This document shows positions 1-11,933 of a stretch of DNA of 64,000 nucleotides, piece by piece. The stretch's first letter is position 1, and the number at the start of each line of letters is the position of its first letter. Both the position numbers and the translations under genes were made by a program. The notes beneath the pieces are model-generated. The model had not been told where the DNA came from, did no database searches, and saw nothing but the letters and a program-made list of their open reading frames with translations. The stretch is taken from the NCBI GenBank assembly GCA_024704765.1, contig JAKMXF010000244.1, positions 177,905-241,904 on the forward strand, written 5' to 3'. Origin of the DNA: Oopsacas minuta. Lineage: Eukaryota; Animalia; Porifera.

Positions 1-449
1 ATAACTTGAGGAGAGAATAAAAACCAAGATGTCGTAGCGCCGAAGGTGAACATTCTATCAAAGAATGGAAGAGTTTAACTCCTGCAAAGAGGTTTTCAGA
101 TTCACATCTACATTGTATTTCAGAAGACATCATCGATATGGAATAAACTTTATTCAGAGCAGAAGCAAGAATGATACGCGGAACTATTGATGTCGATCCA
201 GTTAGGTGGTGGGTTAGATATCCTTCAAAGTTTCCGATGATGTCTCAACTCACTATGATATATTTTTTGGCTTCAACATCGACCACTGGTGAAGAACGAT
301 TGTTCAATGTAGCGGGTCGTATCTGCCACACGCATTGCTCTATATTGAACCCTGATATTATTTCGCTACTGGTAATTCTAAAATATAGAATGAATGCCGA
401 AAAGCGTGAGGTTGCTTCAGTTGCTAAAGATGTTAAGAACCCGATGTAA
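1..449 (+). mobile_element. hAT transposase C-terminal dimerisation-domain remnant (left end outside or at the window edge)
   Basis: ORF 171-449 reads DVDPVRWW..YPSKFPMMSQL...ASTSTTGEERLFNVAGRI...RCS-like..L, matching the hAT dimerisation pattern (DPLxWW...FP.L..LA....SxxSER.FS.AG). Confidence 0.72.
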
Positions 450-709
450 TTTATAGACTTCCAGGAAATAGTCTTAGATTTAGTTCTTACAGCTTATATC
501 TACTCATCCTACGTCAATTCCCTCTACTATTATATACCCACACATTTCAAAGTGCCTCTATAATTATTCAGTCTTATATTTTAATATATCACTATAGTTA
601 ATTTTCAGTAACATTATATTTTCATATTCCTATGTATAACCTTATATATTTGATATCTTTCAATACAAATACATTATACAGTCGTTAAAACGAAGCGCTA
701 GGGGCACCA

Positions 710-785
710 GCAGCCGTATTCACTAAGAAGATCAATCATAAATAAGCTCGATCTTAAGTCATAAGATCTTAGTGAACACGGCCGC
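710..785. mobile_element. Very short inverted-repeat element (MITE or footprint)
   Basis: GCAGCCGTATTCACTAAGA (710-728) is the reverse complement, with 2 mismatches, of TCTTAGTGAACACGGCCGC (767-785). Confidence 0.5.
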
Positions 786-1194
786 AGTTTCATTCGTTAT
801 AAGCAGTATTTCATTAAAAGCGAAGTAAAGCAATTTCCATGAAGTATTAAGGCGCAAAGAGTCAATTCGTTATAACTGTTAACCAATAGAAAGTAAAAAT
901 GAACTCAGAATTATTCCATACAATCCATATCACTCTGGATATTTGAATATACATTATAATCAAATGGAATGCGCGGAAAATTTGTCCCAAGGAATATTTA
1001 TCCCCGGAATTTCGGCCATGCTTGAAACATTCCAGTAGCCTCAAAAAACAACCCTGAACGCTCCAGTATATAGTTGTTGTTCTATAAATACAATAAAAAC
1101 ACTTGCAACTCATTTTCAATAAAATCCTAAACACTCCAGTATGGAGTGGTTATTGGATGAAAATTCTGAGCAACAAAGTTCCGCTTACCACCAA

Positions 1195-1590
1195 TATGAT
1201 TTATAAATTGAAATGCAATTTAAATCTAAAATCAAACTAGATTTTTGATTTGATTCGCAAAATAAAGGCAAAATCTAAGAGATTTTAGATTGATTTTGAA
1301 AGATCAAAATAACGTTAAAGTGATTTTATAAATTGATTTGCAAATTAAATCAAAACTCAAAATTATCGTTTTTCATTAAACAAAAATCAAAAATACAATC
1401 GATTTTGGATTGATTTAGAAAAATCAAAATAGAATCAAAATGAATTTTTATTTGATTTGAAGATTCAAAAATCAAATCATATGATTGAATTATAATGTTG
1501 TATTAAAACTAAATGATTTTGAATTATCTCATTACAGGCTGTTAAATATAATCAGTTTTTACTGATTTTGATTTAAAATCAAATCATTGA
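1195..1590. repeat. AT-rich degenerate tandem/palindromic repeat built from AAATCAAA and TTTGATTT units
   Basis: TGATTTTATAAATTGA recurs at ~1197 and ~1321. GATTTT(A/G)GATTGATTT..AAA.ATCAAAAT recurs at ~1281 and ~1402. Apparent period is about 120 bp. Confidence 0.45.
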
Positions 1591-2622
1591 TTTAGGATAT
1601 AGCCTGCTCGGGAGGCGTGTAGTGAAATATTTTGGCCTTTTCCCTTCCAAACAATATATCTATGTAAAAGTTTTATTGGGTGATCAAAATATTGGGGATT
1701 CGATGAGTCTATGTTTCTAGGATTAGGAGACCGCAATCGAATTGAATTTCTGTTTTTCAAAAGATATGAGTCCTCAGCGAGGGAATCAAAGAGTCAAAGA
1801 TAGGTAAACAAGGGATATATTTGACGCGCGAGTCACGCCTTTGGGACAATTCTGTATGAATTAAGCAAATCTGATAAATTAACTTTTTGGGAAAGTAAGT
1901 TTCTGGGAATTTCGCATAGTAAACAGATAGCGCTAGAGAAGGTGAAAAATCAACTAAATCCAATCATTAAGTACGATCACATATAAGAAACATTTCATGG
2001 AAGTGCAATTCTGTTTTGGAAGAATAATTTTGATAATTTTCAGTTGAAGAAATGATTGATGTGTCAACTCTAGTTATGTGGTCAAAGATTCAGGCTGCTG
2101 AATACTAAAGTATTCATTCGTAAGAGTGATTCGATTAGGGCAGAACAGCCAGGCGTGCTTCAGCGTCATACAAAGTATTATTCAAAACTAGGGTGTAGAA
2201 GAAGCTGAGAAAAACAAACGTGTATATTTTTGCTGTGCTCAAATACATACAATTATGAATTGTCAAAAACACAAAGGAGCTCTTTATCGATGATGAAATT
2301 AATACATTTGTGATGTAAATAATACATTTGTGAGGCAAAAAAACTTTGCACTTTGTGTTTAGATTGATATCCGGAACAATTTCACTACACTCCTACATTA
2401 CAAATCTGAGGTGATATAGTTCTAAATGAATTTCAACTCAGGGTCCTAGCTCCTAGAAACAGTATGGATCGGCTATGATATAAATTGAGTTGATTATAAC
2501 ATTATATGTTGTCAAATTAAGGAAAGAAATAGGACCTATTTCTGAAGTCTAGATTTCCAAGTGTTATCATTAATGAAACGATTGATATTTCTGTAAAGAA
2601 CAGCTAACCTTAGTCATTCTTT

Positions 2623-3054
2623 ATGTGCCTTGTATGTCATGAAAATTTCATAATATTCGAAGAAACCGCTGAAACTACAGGAGAGACTGATATCGAAGGG
2701 TATTTTCATGATAAATATCAAATTTGTTTTGGAACAATTTGCAAGTTCCAGAGTTATAGTTACAACGATGGGTACCACAGTTTTGCAAAAAGTAACGATA
2801 AATTTGACATTTCATAAATGTTATGGTCAAACGTCTTGGAAAGATGTAGTATTTATCAGATTTACCATACTCTGAAAATACATTTCGATACCAAATCAAA
2901 CCAAGAATATTGCGCTGCCACGAATCATAAATACCCCAGTATTGTATCAATCAAAATTGCGTTAGTAAGATTGCCTCATAATTCCGAAATAGATCGTATC
3001 AAAATGTATGATCAGGGTATGGGAAATCGCGTATATACTAAATGTTTTCAGTAA
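2623..3054 (+). pseudogene. Two in-frame ORFs split by one TAA; possibly a decayed transposase (weakly hAT-like)
   Basis: ORFs 2623-2817 and 2818-3054 abut in the same frame. ETTGETDI..YF.DKY and KYPSIVSIKIAL resemble hAT segments only weakly. Confidence 0.25.
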
Positions 3055-3520
3055 GATATGGTTTTATCATTAATGATTAGAAGTTACAGGTGGATATCAG
3101 CAAAAGTGTGGGATCACTAGTTGCAATTATAATTATTGAAAGTTCAAAAATTATAAACATTTGAAATTTTGCGTTAAAATATCTTTAGATCCCATTGAAA
3201 AATTGTGAAACCGGAAATGTATTTATTGAATCTTGATACATGAGTAAAAACTCGATAAATAATAAATAAATTTGGGGATATTGTCGGCATTTGCTAAGTA
3301 AGCAATCAGATGACGTCATTTCGGCTTGCAAATATGTTGTAGGGATACATAATATGTATTGTTAAATAGAAATAACAAATATATTAGGGAAAAGGTGCTA
3401 ACATTGTCACTACTAATCGAGATCCCTGTTAGGAGGATGACAATTGTGTGAACCCCAAAAACTCATCACCTACAATATTTCAAGTATGCAAATATGACCT
3501 TTGTACATACATCATAACTA

Positions 3521-3685
3521 TAGTTGAACTCGGAAAGACATACCCCTCAGAAAACGAAATTATCGCGTCTTATAATAATATTATTCCATGATATTAGTAA
3601 AATAATTGATAAACCGTTGAGAAGAAAATTACAGACGAACCGAGAGTACGTCTTAAGCCGAGTACGCATATACCGAGTTCCACTG
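3521..3685. mobile_element. Tigger/pogo-type MITE (~165 bp)
   Basis: Left end TAGTTGAACTCGG; right end CCGAGTTCCACTG (reverse complement CAGTGGAACTCGG). No coding capacity. Confidence 0.55.
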
Positions 3686-5363
3686 TGTAGACATTTAATA
3701 GATATAACATGGATTACATCAAGTCAATTAAATTTGGTAGGAGTTCGTAATCTTAAAATCCACTGATTATAGCAAATTGGTTTGCCTGGAATATATGTAT
3801 TATCGCTAGATAATATTAACCACAGGCCATATCATCCAACAATCCCAGTCTGCAATGACGTTATCTATTTGGCTCAAAGCGAAATATGTTGCTACACATC
3901 TCCCAATTTTACAGCTATGATTAATTATCACTACTGCGTCTTCGATTTCAAGATTAATATCCAATGATCTAAATATGTCTAAACATTTTATAGAAAATCT
4001 ACTTATAGTTCGAGTGTTGCCAGAGCGACATCAGTCCAGCCAATATGTACTACATAATCAACTAACAATGCCTTTCTAATACTATTTGATAAGAAACTCT
4101 AAAATCTTGCGAGTAATCTTGAGGTGACAAATATATAGTATCAAATTATATTTTAATTGTACAGAGAGATGGCTATGGAACACTTTTTCGAAGTACTGAT
4201 ATGACTGAAACTCTCGTGACAACAGAGTTATAAGTGGATATTGGCAAAATGTGATATGAATGGTATCTAATGTAACTAAATAATGTTACAACTATAACAT
4301 TTACAAATTAGATAATTTATGTTTAAACATCATTAAATCACTTGATAATATTATTGAATCAGAAAAATTATGCATTTCATCAACATACTGCCTTTTAAAC
4401 CAACCTGATGACGTTATATCAAACTGAGAATAGTTTGATGATATAGCTAAGTTGATTGGTATCTATCAGTAGCAAATTTATTCGAGTCTAAATGTACCAA
4501 TTCGATACCATAGGGAACATTATGATTGCCACAAAGTATCCTCGACTAGAAGCACAATCTACGAAGAATAGACTATCATGGTATGTGATCAAGGATAAAT
4601 TCCAGTCTATAAATTTGATAGAAAATTCATATATTCTCGATCATATATAGTATGTACATTTTGGCTCGAATAAATGCTCTAATATTGTGAATAATTAACA
4701 ATATCTATATCATTGCAGTACCTACATACTAATTAGGTTTAGTATTATTCTAGAACATTCTATACAAAGTTAGCTGGTATAAATAGCGGTGTAAATAGAC
4801 TAGTACTGTGGTTAGCATTGTCTCGAATTCATTATTATTTAGTAATATCTATATTATTAGACTAGCGACAAAGACAGGGTATTAAATGGCAACCCGTGAT
4901 GAAAATATATTATTCAAAAGAGTTTCGTAATCTAAAAAATCTGTGTCCAACCCGTAAATTTCGTAGGATCCGAAGTTTTTGACTGAGATCACGGTTTCAG
5001 AGACGCGTGTATGATGCGCAGTTACAATACAATTCAACTTGGAATATTATTGATCAACTAAACACTAATTACTTATTCATATATCATGTATCACAAAATC
5101 AAAATATCGAACAATTGTATGATTATGTGGATCGAATTTACATTCAACGATCATCGCTAAATTGCGGGGTTCCGGAATATTGAGGTTGTTTTCGATCCAA
5201 AACTATACATGAACAGAAAGAATGTCGCTTTAGGGAAATTCCGAATTACACAGGTGTTAGATTACGGAGGTTTATCGTATGTATATTTCTCATATTAAGT
5301 TTAGATTAAGGATAAAATTCATAGATAATATCACTAACAGTATTGTGAAATAGATTGATATAC

Positions 5364-5936
5364 TTATTTCACGCAAAATTTGTCGGGGACAATCAACAGT
5401 AAGGGGGGACCATCGACGACTGTTCCGGATGGTCCGGCCGGATCAGTTACAACGGGAGTGACAGCACATGAAAATGGCTGATACTGCATCAGGACCTTTT
5501 TCGAGATTGACCAACTTCTAGAATCAATTCTTATTGTATGTAGAAGGAATTTCATACATTTTATGTTTCATGCATTTATTAAAAACTGCAAACTGTTTTG
5601 TTCAACAGCTCAACTATTACGATTACCGAGGGGTAAGAGAATTTTACAAACAGCTGCAATCCATCGTCTCATCTGTAACTCCAGAACTATCTAACTTGAT
5701 CAGGAATAGTTTTGATATAGTGTATAAAATATATGGAATATATTTCGTAATCCAACTTATAAATCAAAGAAGAATGATTTTTGTTTTATAGTGTTTAAAA
5801 TTGGAGCATTTCTTCCAACATATCATCCTATTAGGTGATAACATGATGTCTTCTAGGCCTGAAAATATTTTATAGATGTGGAATATGTGCTCATTACCTC
5901 ATTTTTGTGAAACTTGATAATAGCGTCAGTATATTG
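5364..5936 (-). CDS. UBR4: Candidate short downstream UBR4 exons (tentatively 5936-5898, 5858-5843, 5690-5627 and further small exons); not resolved
   Basis: A GT-AG path gives ...NILTLLSSFTKMR-PRRHH-IVLELQMRRWIAAVCKILLPL, which aligns in register with human RHLYLTEKYVWRW. It needs a 16-nt micro-exon and a weak GTTATC donor, and the alternative paths hit stops. Confidence 0.3.
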
Positions 5937-5989
5937 CTAATTTAATGAGTTATTTGTACTTTAATCAATAGAACTGAAACATAGGCTAC

Positions 5990-6279
5990 GTGTAAAGATG
6001 TCTGGATTCATCATTAACAGGTGGAATACTTAAACAACTTATAACGGAATAAGCATGAATTTTCACAATAAATACTGACCGTAATCTCTTCTCCCAAAAA
6101 CAATCGTCATATTCCATTGCAGACTTTAGTAGACGGATCTCGTGATGTACAGCAAGACCAAAATTTGGATGAGAATGATGATGGATAATTATGTAAGCAA
6201 GTCGATGCCTTAGCCAATCCATAAGCTGTTCAGCAGCACTGAGATTATGTTGATTAAGTGAAAGAATCAAATCCCTAAC
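5990..6279 (-). CDS. UBR4: UBR4 internal exon (phase 0 to phase 2, 290 nt)
   Basis: ctatag|GTTAGG...TACAC|gtagcc. Encodes VRDLILSLNQHNLSAAEQLMDWLRHRL...HEIRLLKSAMEYDDCFWEKRLRSV, aligning to human VRQLMCLLTRDNPEATQQMNDLI...YEMLLLTDSISKEDSCWELRLRCA. Confidence 0.85.
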
Positions 6280-9200
6280 CTATAGTTAGATGTTAAAAAG
6301 ATAAATAGAACGGGTAGTCATAAGTGAGTATCCAAACCGTATCTATGTATGCAATTCAAAATGGCAAGATAAATATTTTCTCAGATTATTGAAATTACGA
6401 AATAGGGAAATCAGAAGGACATATAGAACACATACATAAGTTTCTGCTAAATTGAAAGAATTGAGAGAAATAACTAATAATAGTGAAGCGCTTGTTATAT
6501 ATCCATGCAAACTAGCTAGCTTTGCTTTGCATTGCTAAGTATCAATGCTATGAGGATAGGCGAAGCACTTTCAACAGCGAAGATAAAGTGTAAATGAGAT
6601 AAATTCTTGAATGCTTTTGTTCACTAAGGGTACGGGAAAATTTAGCAAAAGTGTTAAATTTTATCAGAACAAAAGAAAAAATATTAAGAATTTACATCCA
6701 CACTCTGTACAAAAAGAATTACATTATTCATATATCCAGTAGCGATAATTTAGAAGCTTGGAAGCTTTCGAAATATCTTCGGCACTCCGCAATTCATTGA
6801 ATATACCATTATCAAAATTCTAGAGGCCTGCTAAAACAAAGTTATTCCCCAAGTGTGACGCACTAACTCCATGAGCTTAAAATTGGTCAGATTCGTAGTA
6901 ATGTGACAAATTACAAATAGCCGGATATCTGTGACAACATTCTTAAATTTCAATCTCAAGTTTATTGGCAAGACCGATAGCCAACCATGAGAATTTCATT
7001 AAATCCCAAAACCTGACGAATACGAAATGTTCAAAAGACAATCCATCAATTCGTTTGACGAAATCAAAAATATGACATACAAATGAATCCGAATTTCGTG
7101 TTATCAAATTTCTCATATGTGACTATATTATTTTATTTATCAATATAGAGTAAACATATAGTTAAAATATATATGTACTAATTCATTTTGCAACCTTACC
7201 AAATTCCAGGCACGAAGTGCAGATTTCCAGATTTTCACGCAAAATGCCATTTCATGCTGAAGACATCACATAAACTATGTGTAACGAGGTAAATGATAGA
7301 TATATAAATCTATCCAGTGATAGTAATGGGTTCATAAATATTGAAACACCAAGAAAGATAATTCCAACAAAAAAGATGCCATTTTAGTTCTCAAAAAATG
7401 AAAATACTAAACTCCTATCCTTGCTGGCATATCTAGCGAAATATTTAGGAGTTAATTACAGCCCATGATGGTATGATATATGAGCGCGTACTAAATAAAC
7501 CACAAAAAATATGTACTACCATTATGTAACATTAATATTTATAGATCTGATATTTTTGTCAAGGAGATTATGGAATGCTAGCCTGATACGAATTTCGCAT
7601 TTCCGAAATGTGGTATAGATTTCTTTATGATGTTCATCGCAAAAGAAAATGAAATGTATAAATTAGGCAAATATTTTGCCTAAACACACCCGCCGTATTA
7701 ATTAAGTAGTTAAGCAATAAGTTGTAAATAAGTTCGAAATTCAATAGGTTTGAGCTTAAGTACTATGTTTCATACATCATAAAGTGGAGAAAGATTGAAA
7801 ATAGGCAGGCATCATGAAATAGAATAATAGGCGAGAAAAGGTAAAGGAGCATCATTAAATACAAAATTATATATCCAAGCAGTAAAGGGTTTTTGCAGTC
7901 TAAAAAGTCAATTGAACAAAGTGCTCACATATGTTAAATATCCAGCAGCCAAGAATTCAAACAACAATAGTACCGCATTTTCGATTCTCACTATCTTTTA
8001 AGTTGGGAACAAGTGGCAGAAGGTGTCAATGAACATTTCGAATGTGAAAAATAGGAATCTAAATTCAAAATTGCAATACAGTTGAATCGGGCTATCTAGA
8101 TACTGGATCTTTTGTACCATCGGGCTTTTGTCAATTTTCAAACAATTCAATATCAAATTTGCAAAGTTTTTCGATAGTTACTTCGAATCCGTGCAATATA
8201 CTTATCAATTAAAATTAGATTATCTCATATGATAGGAAAATCCAACGGCATATACTTATTGCAAGTGTAAGATACTGTCTTTAATGGGTGTTTAGGAGTC
8301 AATATGAAAATCATTTGAGTTCCCTAAACTGCCTCACAATTAGTGGAAGAGTCGGAAATGCAGTCGATCATTGCAAAATTTATGATCACATATGATGAGG
8401 AGTACAAACATTAAGTGTAAATATATCGAGAAGCATTGCTCTAAACAATACATATATTCATACTGGGCTAAACAATACTTAGAATTCAATTAAGCCATCA
8501 GAATTGTCCTATCCCAATTGAATATTTTGCAATTATCATAGGAAAATTAATTCGCCCATTATCTATTCAATGATGAATATGTTGCTATAAAATATAAAGG
8601 AAAGATTTCAGAGATTCACCCAAGACAAAGTTATAGAAATATTGGCGTCAAATAGATATTCAAAGTATAACATTAAATGAATATCTGAACATTCATATAT
8701 AATTGGATATTTGGAGGTGTTCTAATACTTTTGTTCGGTTAGTGAACTAATTTTCTAGTATAAAGGACCTACCAAAATCTTTTCATACAATTAGTTCTTA
8801 AATCCTTTTCTATAGCGAATATAAGCTCACTATTAAGCATTGAAGTCTTACATTAGAAAATGCATAAATTAATCCTTCAACGATCCATTTTACCATAGCA
8901 ATTCACTTGTTAGGTCGTTGCAGGACAAGCTGCGGTATAATCAACAGATTAACCATTATATTCAGCTTAAGAAACATTGCCTAACTTCCTTAACGACTTT
9001 CGATGGGTTCGGCATGGCACTAAGGGGATTAAGTTGAAAGAATAGCGGAATTATAAGAATAAATTATTCTTGGTCCATACAAATTTCACTTTGGGAAACG
9101 AAGTACGCTGAATCCGTGAAACTAAAACAGTGATCAAGAAACTTTGATATTATTCAGTTTTCCTATAATATAACGAGTAAAATATGCTTGGCACATATTG

Positions 9201-9588
9201 AATTGATATCTGATCACAAGCAATTTCAAGAAATCTTCAATATTTGCGCTTGAGAGAACATACTGAGTCAAATAAACTTATTACGGTACTCAAGAATGTT
9301 GAATCCGAATTTCGAATGTTGAACCTATCATAGATACCTAATAAAGCTGATGAATTAGGTACTGTTCGTATTATGTTCCAATATCTTTGCATAACCTTCA
9401 TAGATTATAAAAGATTGAATGAGCGCCAATGTAGTCATATATAGTTAAGAATTGAATATTTTACAAACGAGAAAATTGAAAATTCCAAGTATTTAGAAAT
9501 CTTAGAATAAAAGAACATTTTGAAAAGCATTAGTATAATTGCAAAGTAATTATGCAAACAAAATCAAGTCAAAGGAATCAAAACTTAC
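6280..9588 (-). other. UBR4: UBR4 intron, 3,309 nt, GT-AG, phase 0
   Basis: Donor GAT|gtaagt at 9588 and acceptor ctatag|GTT at 6280. The junction MQND|VRDL matches human MREEVRQL with no gap. Confidence 0.8.
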
Positions 9589-9911
9589 ATCATTCTGCAT
9601 AGATGATGTCCCGATGCTGAGATTAGTATTACATAACTCTTTAAGAACTTGCAATTCAATTAAAGACACTTTGTGAGAAGCATTCTTTGCCAATTCTTTC
9701 AGAATCGAAATACAATGCTTTGTAGCAAGTGCTAGGCAACCATAGCATGTGCCAAATCCAGAAAAGAATCTGGAATTTTCTGAAGAAATCGAGTCTTTCT
9801 CAGACGTATTGGTACTCTGTGTTCGAATATATGAAATAGGAGTAGATCTTGGAGGAAAAGAAATATGCCTTCGGTCAAATGAAACTAGTTCTTCTCTTCC
9901 TGCAAGTACAC
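9589..9911 (-). CDS. UBR4: UBR4 internal exon (phase 1 to phase 0, 323 nt)
   Basis: ttctag|GTGTAC...AATGAT|gtaagt. GVLAGREELVSFD matches KVFASRKELLEYD, and CYGCLALATKHCISILKELA matches CYGCASAVTEHCITLLRALA. Confidence 0.9.
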
Positions 9912-10877
9912 CTAGAAATAACACAATGAAGAAAATACTATCAGAGGTTAACAAGAAAAGAAGTTGGATTTATGAACCTATATAAACAAATGAGACATAT
10001 CTCCCAACATACCAATAAAATTACTGTCACTTGGAGGTCAGGACAACAAATTATGTAATTATCATTCGCAAGCTAAAGTCACTCAAATTACTACTTAAGT
10101 ATTAAAAATAGTAAGTGAAACCCAGGTAATCCGAATAGTAATAGTAGGTAAGTATACCAATTGAAGAACCATTGTAGGGACATGAGTTTGTGGAAATGAT
10201 GGAAAGAATTGTCGTCATCTCTTCGAATTCGCATTTACCTTGTTCATGTTCACTATTACTATAACATACTTTATGGAGAAATGTTTTCAGTACAAAAAAC
10301 AATAAAATTAGTGAAATAATAATATAAGAATATCTTCAAAGATGATCAAGGAAATTGATTAGATTTTAGCTAGATACACAATAATAGAATACTATGATTC
10401 AAGATATTAACCGAATACTGACGGTAAATGTCAGATATTATGACGTCCTAAGGTGCTAAATCTCGATTTTGGTACAGGAATTGGGAAATGAAAGTTGTAA
10501 AATTTTAGTATTCCTTTTCGTTCCAACGTACCACTTCGGCCGTGTTTGGTTAATTGGAGCCAAGCAAAAAGGCAATAAATTTAAAACAATAATCCTGCTT
10601 GAAGGCCAGGTCAGTGCTGCCAAGTGAGTTTAAGGAATTTCCATGAGATTAAGTGTAAATATTTACGGAGACCAAGAAGCCCTACTGGAGTATCATAAAT
10701 TTATCTCAAATTACTACTCAAAGGACTTAGTATTACACCAACAACAGCCTAACTGACTAAACCCTATTCACAAGACTTAAACATGGATTACTCCCAGTCT
10801 ATAAAAATAGCATGGCGATTCCAAATTTCTCGTTTATATTATAATTGGTACAGAACAGTTTGATATTGAATAGTTGA

Positions 10878-10932
10878 TACTAGCTATATCATCAAACTAT
10901 TCTCAAGCCGAAATTACGTTATCTGATTGGCA
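10878..10932. repeat. Member of a dispersed short repeat family (other copies at ~3295-3330 and ~4400-4452)
   Basis: The reverse complement GCCAATCAGATAACGTAATTTCGGCTTGAGAATAGTTTGATGATATAGCTAG matches GCAATCAGATGACGTCATTTCGGCTTG (~3304) and TGAGAATAGTTTGATGATATAGCTAAG (~4425). Confidence 0.55.
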
Positions 10933-11477
10933 AACAGGGAAAAATGTTGTCAAACTTTCCATTTTTCAAGCTCTGTCAATCGAAAACTAGTCCGTTTTTC
11001 CAAAATTCACAGAAGGAAAACCAAACAGATTAAGTCATTTCGAAATGGAAGTAGTTGGATGACATGACTTGTGTAAATCATTAACTATCATTAATACCAA
11101 CAACTTATATCACTGAGAAACAAATTGCAAGTAATATTTAATAGACTTGTGAAATGTGACTTGTAAAAAAGTATCCTTAAGTAACTATTAGTGTAGGAGG
11201 TTTTAGGGAGTGAACAGGCTATATTTACGCAGGGTGTGCACAACAAACATTATTCTCTTTGAAACAGGATTTGCTAAGTACGTGCAAGGTATTGAAATTT
11301 GAAGACTTAGTAATCAAAGGGATGTAGGGAATTTAACAGAGAGATTTACTCTCAATTGTATTTGAATCAGGAAATAGCGAAAGCACAGAGTAAGCCTCTG
11401 AAAATTTTATAATAAAAAGTGAATTCCGCATCAGAGATTCCCATTAAGCAATAGATAATTGGGAAACAGTATAAAAT

Positions 11478-11669
11478 CAATGTTGAAACCGCTCGAACCG
11501 AAAATCAGTATTCATGAATAGTAGCTTAACTGAATGCTGATAATATACTATTAAATTAGCCGAATACTATTGATAACATTCGGTTTGGGACGACCGAATA
11601 CCGATTACTGATATTCGGTTGGTAAGCGAATATTGAACTATTCTCAAGAAGTATTCGGTTGCAACACTG
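11478..11669. mobile_element. Short MITE with internal CCGAATA/TATTCGG sub-repeats
   Basis: Ends CAATGTTGAAACCG and CGGTTGCAACACTG are imperfect TIRs. Several CCGAATA/ATTCGGT motifs lie inside. Confidence 0.45.
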
Positions 11670-11933
11670 TTATGTATATAATTCCCCAAAATTGGAGTTT
11701 CATTGCGATTGAAGCATATTAGCGGCTAAAATATTTGGCTAACAAATTCATTCAATGCCTAACAAAATTCATGAAAAGTTAACCAAATTCATGAAATATA
11801 TAACAAAAAATGAAGAATAAGGCTTGGGAAAGGTAGAGTGATAGGTTTTCGAGAGTGAGTTGGGTACAGAAATTCAAAATTCGAGCATAGGTATGGAGAT
11901 TTTACATGGTTAGGGAGTACTGACCACATAATA

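Noticed and set aside
3795-4020. Minus-strand open frame containing IINHSC (SET-domain-like motif)
   Set aside because: It lacks the rest of the SET signature (RF.NHSC.PN, ELxFDY) and has no supporting exons.
5760-5860. Possible ciliate-type code (TAA/TAG = Gln): reading through TAA TAG gives a protein-like PRRHHVITQQDDMLEEMLQF, and several other fragments are broken only by TAA/TAG
   Set aside because: All 15 Gln codons in the four confident UBR4 exons are CAA or CAG, with no in-frame TAR in about 373 codons. In-frame TAGs in the transposons sit at conserved Trp or Tyr positions, so they are mutations.
10102-10302. ORF and apparent splice sites suggesting a coding exon
   Set aside because: Every splice combination I tried on either strand met a stop, and there is no recognisable homology.
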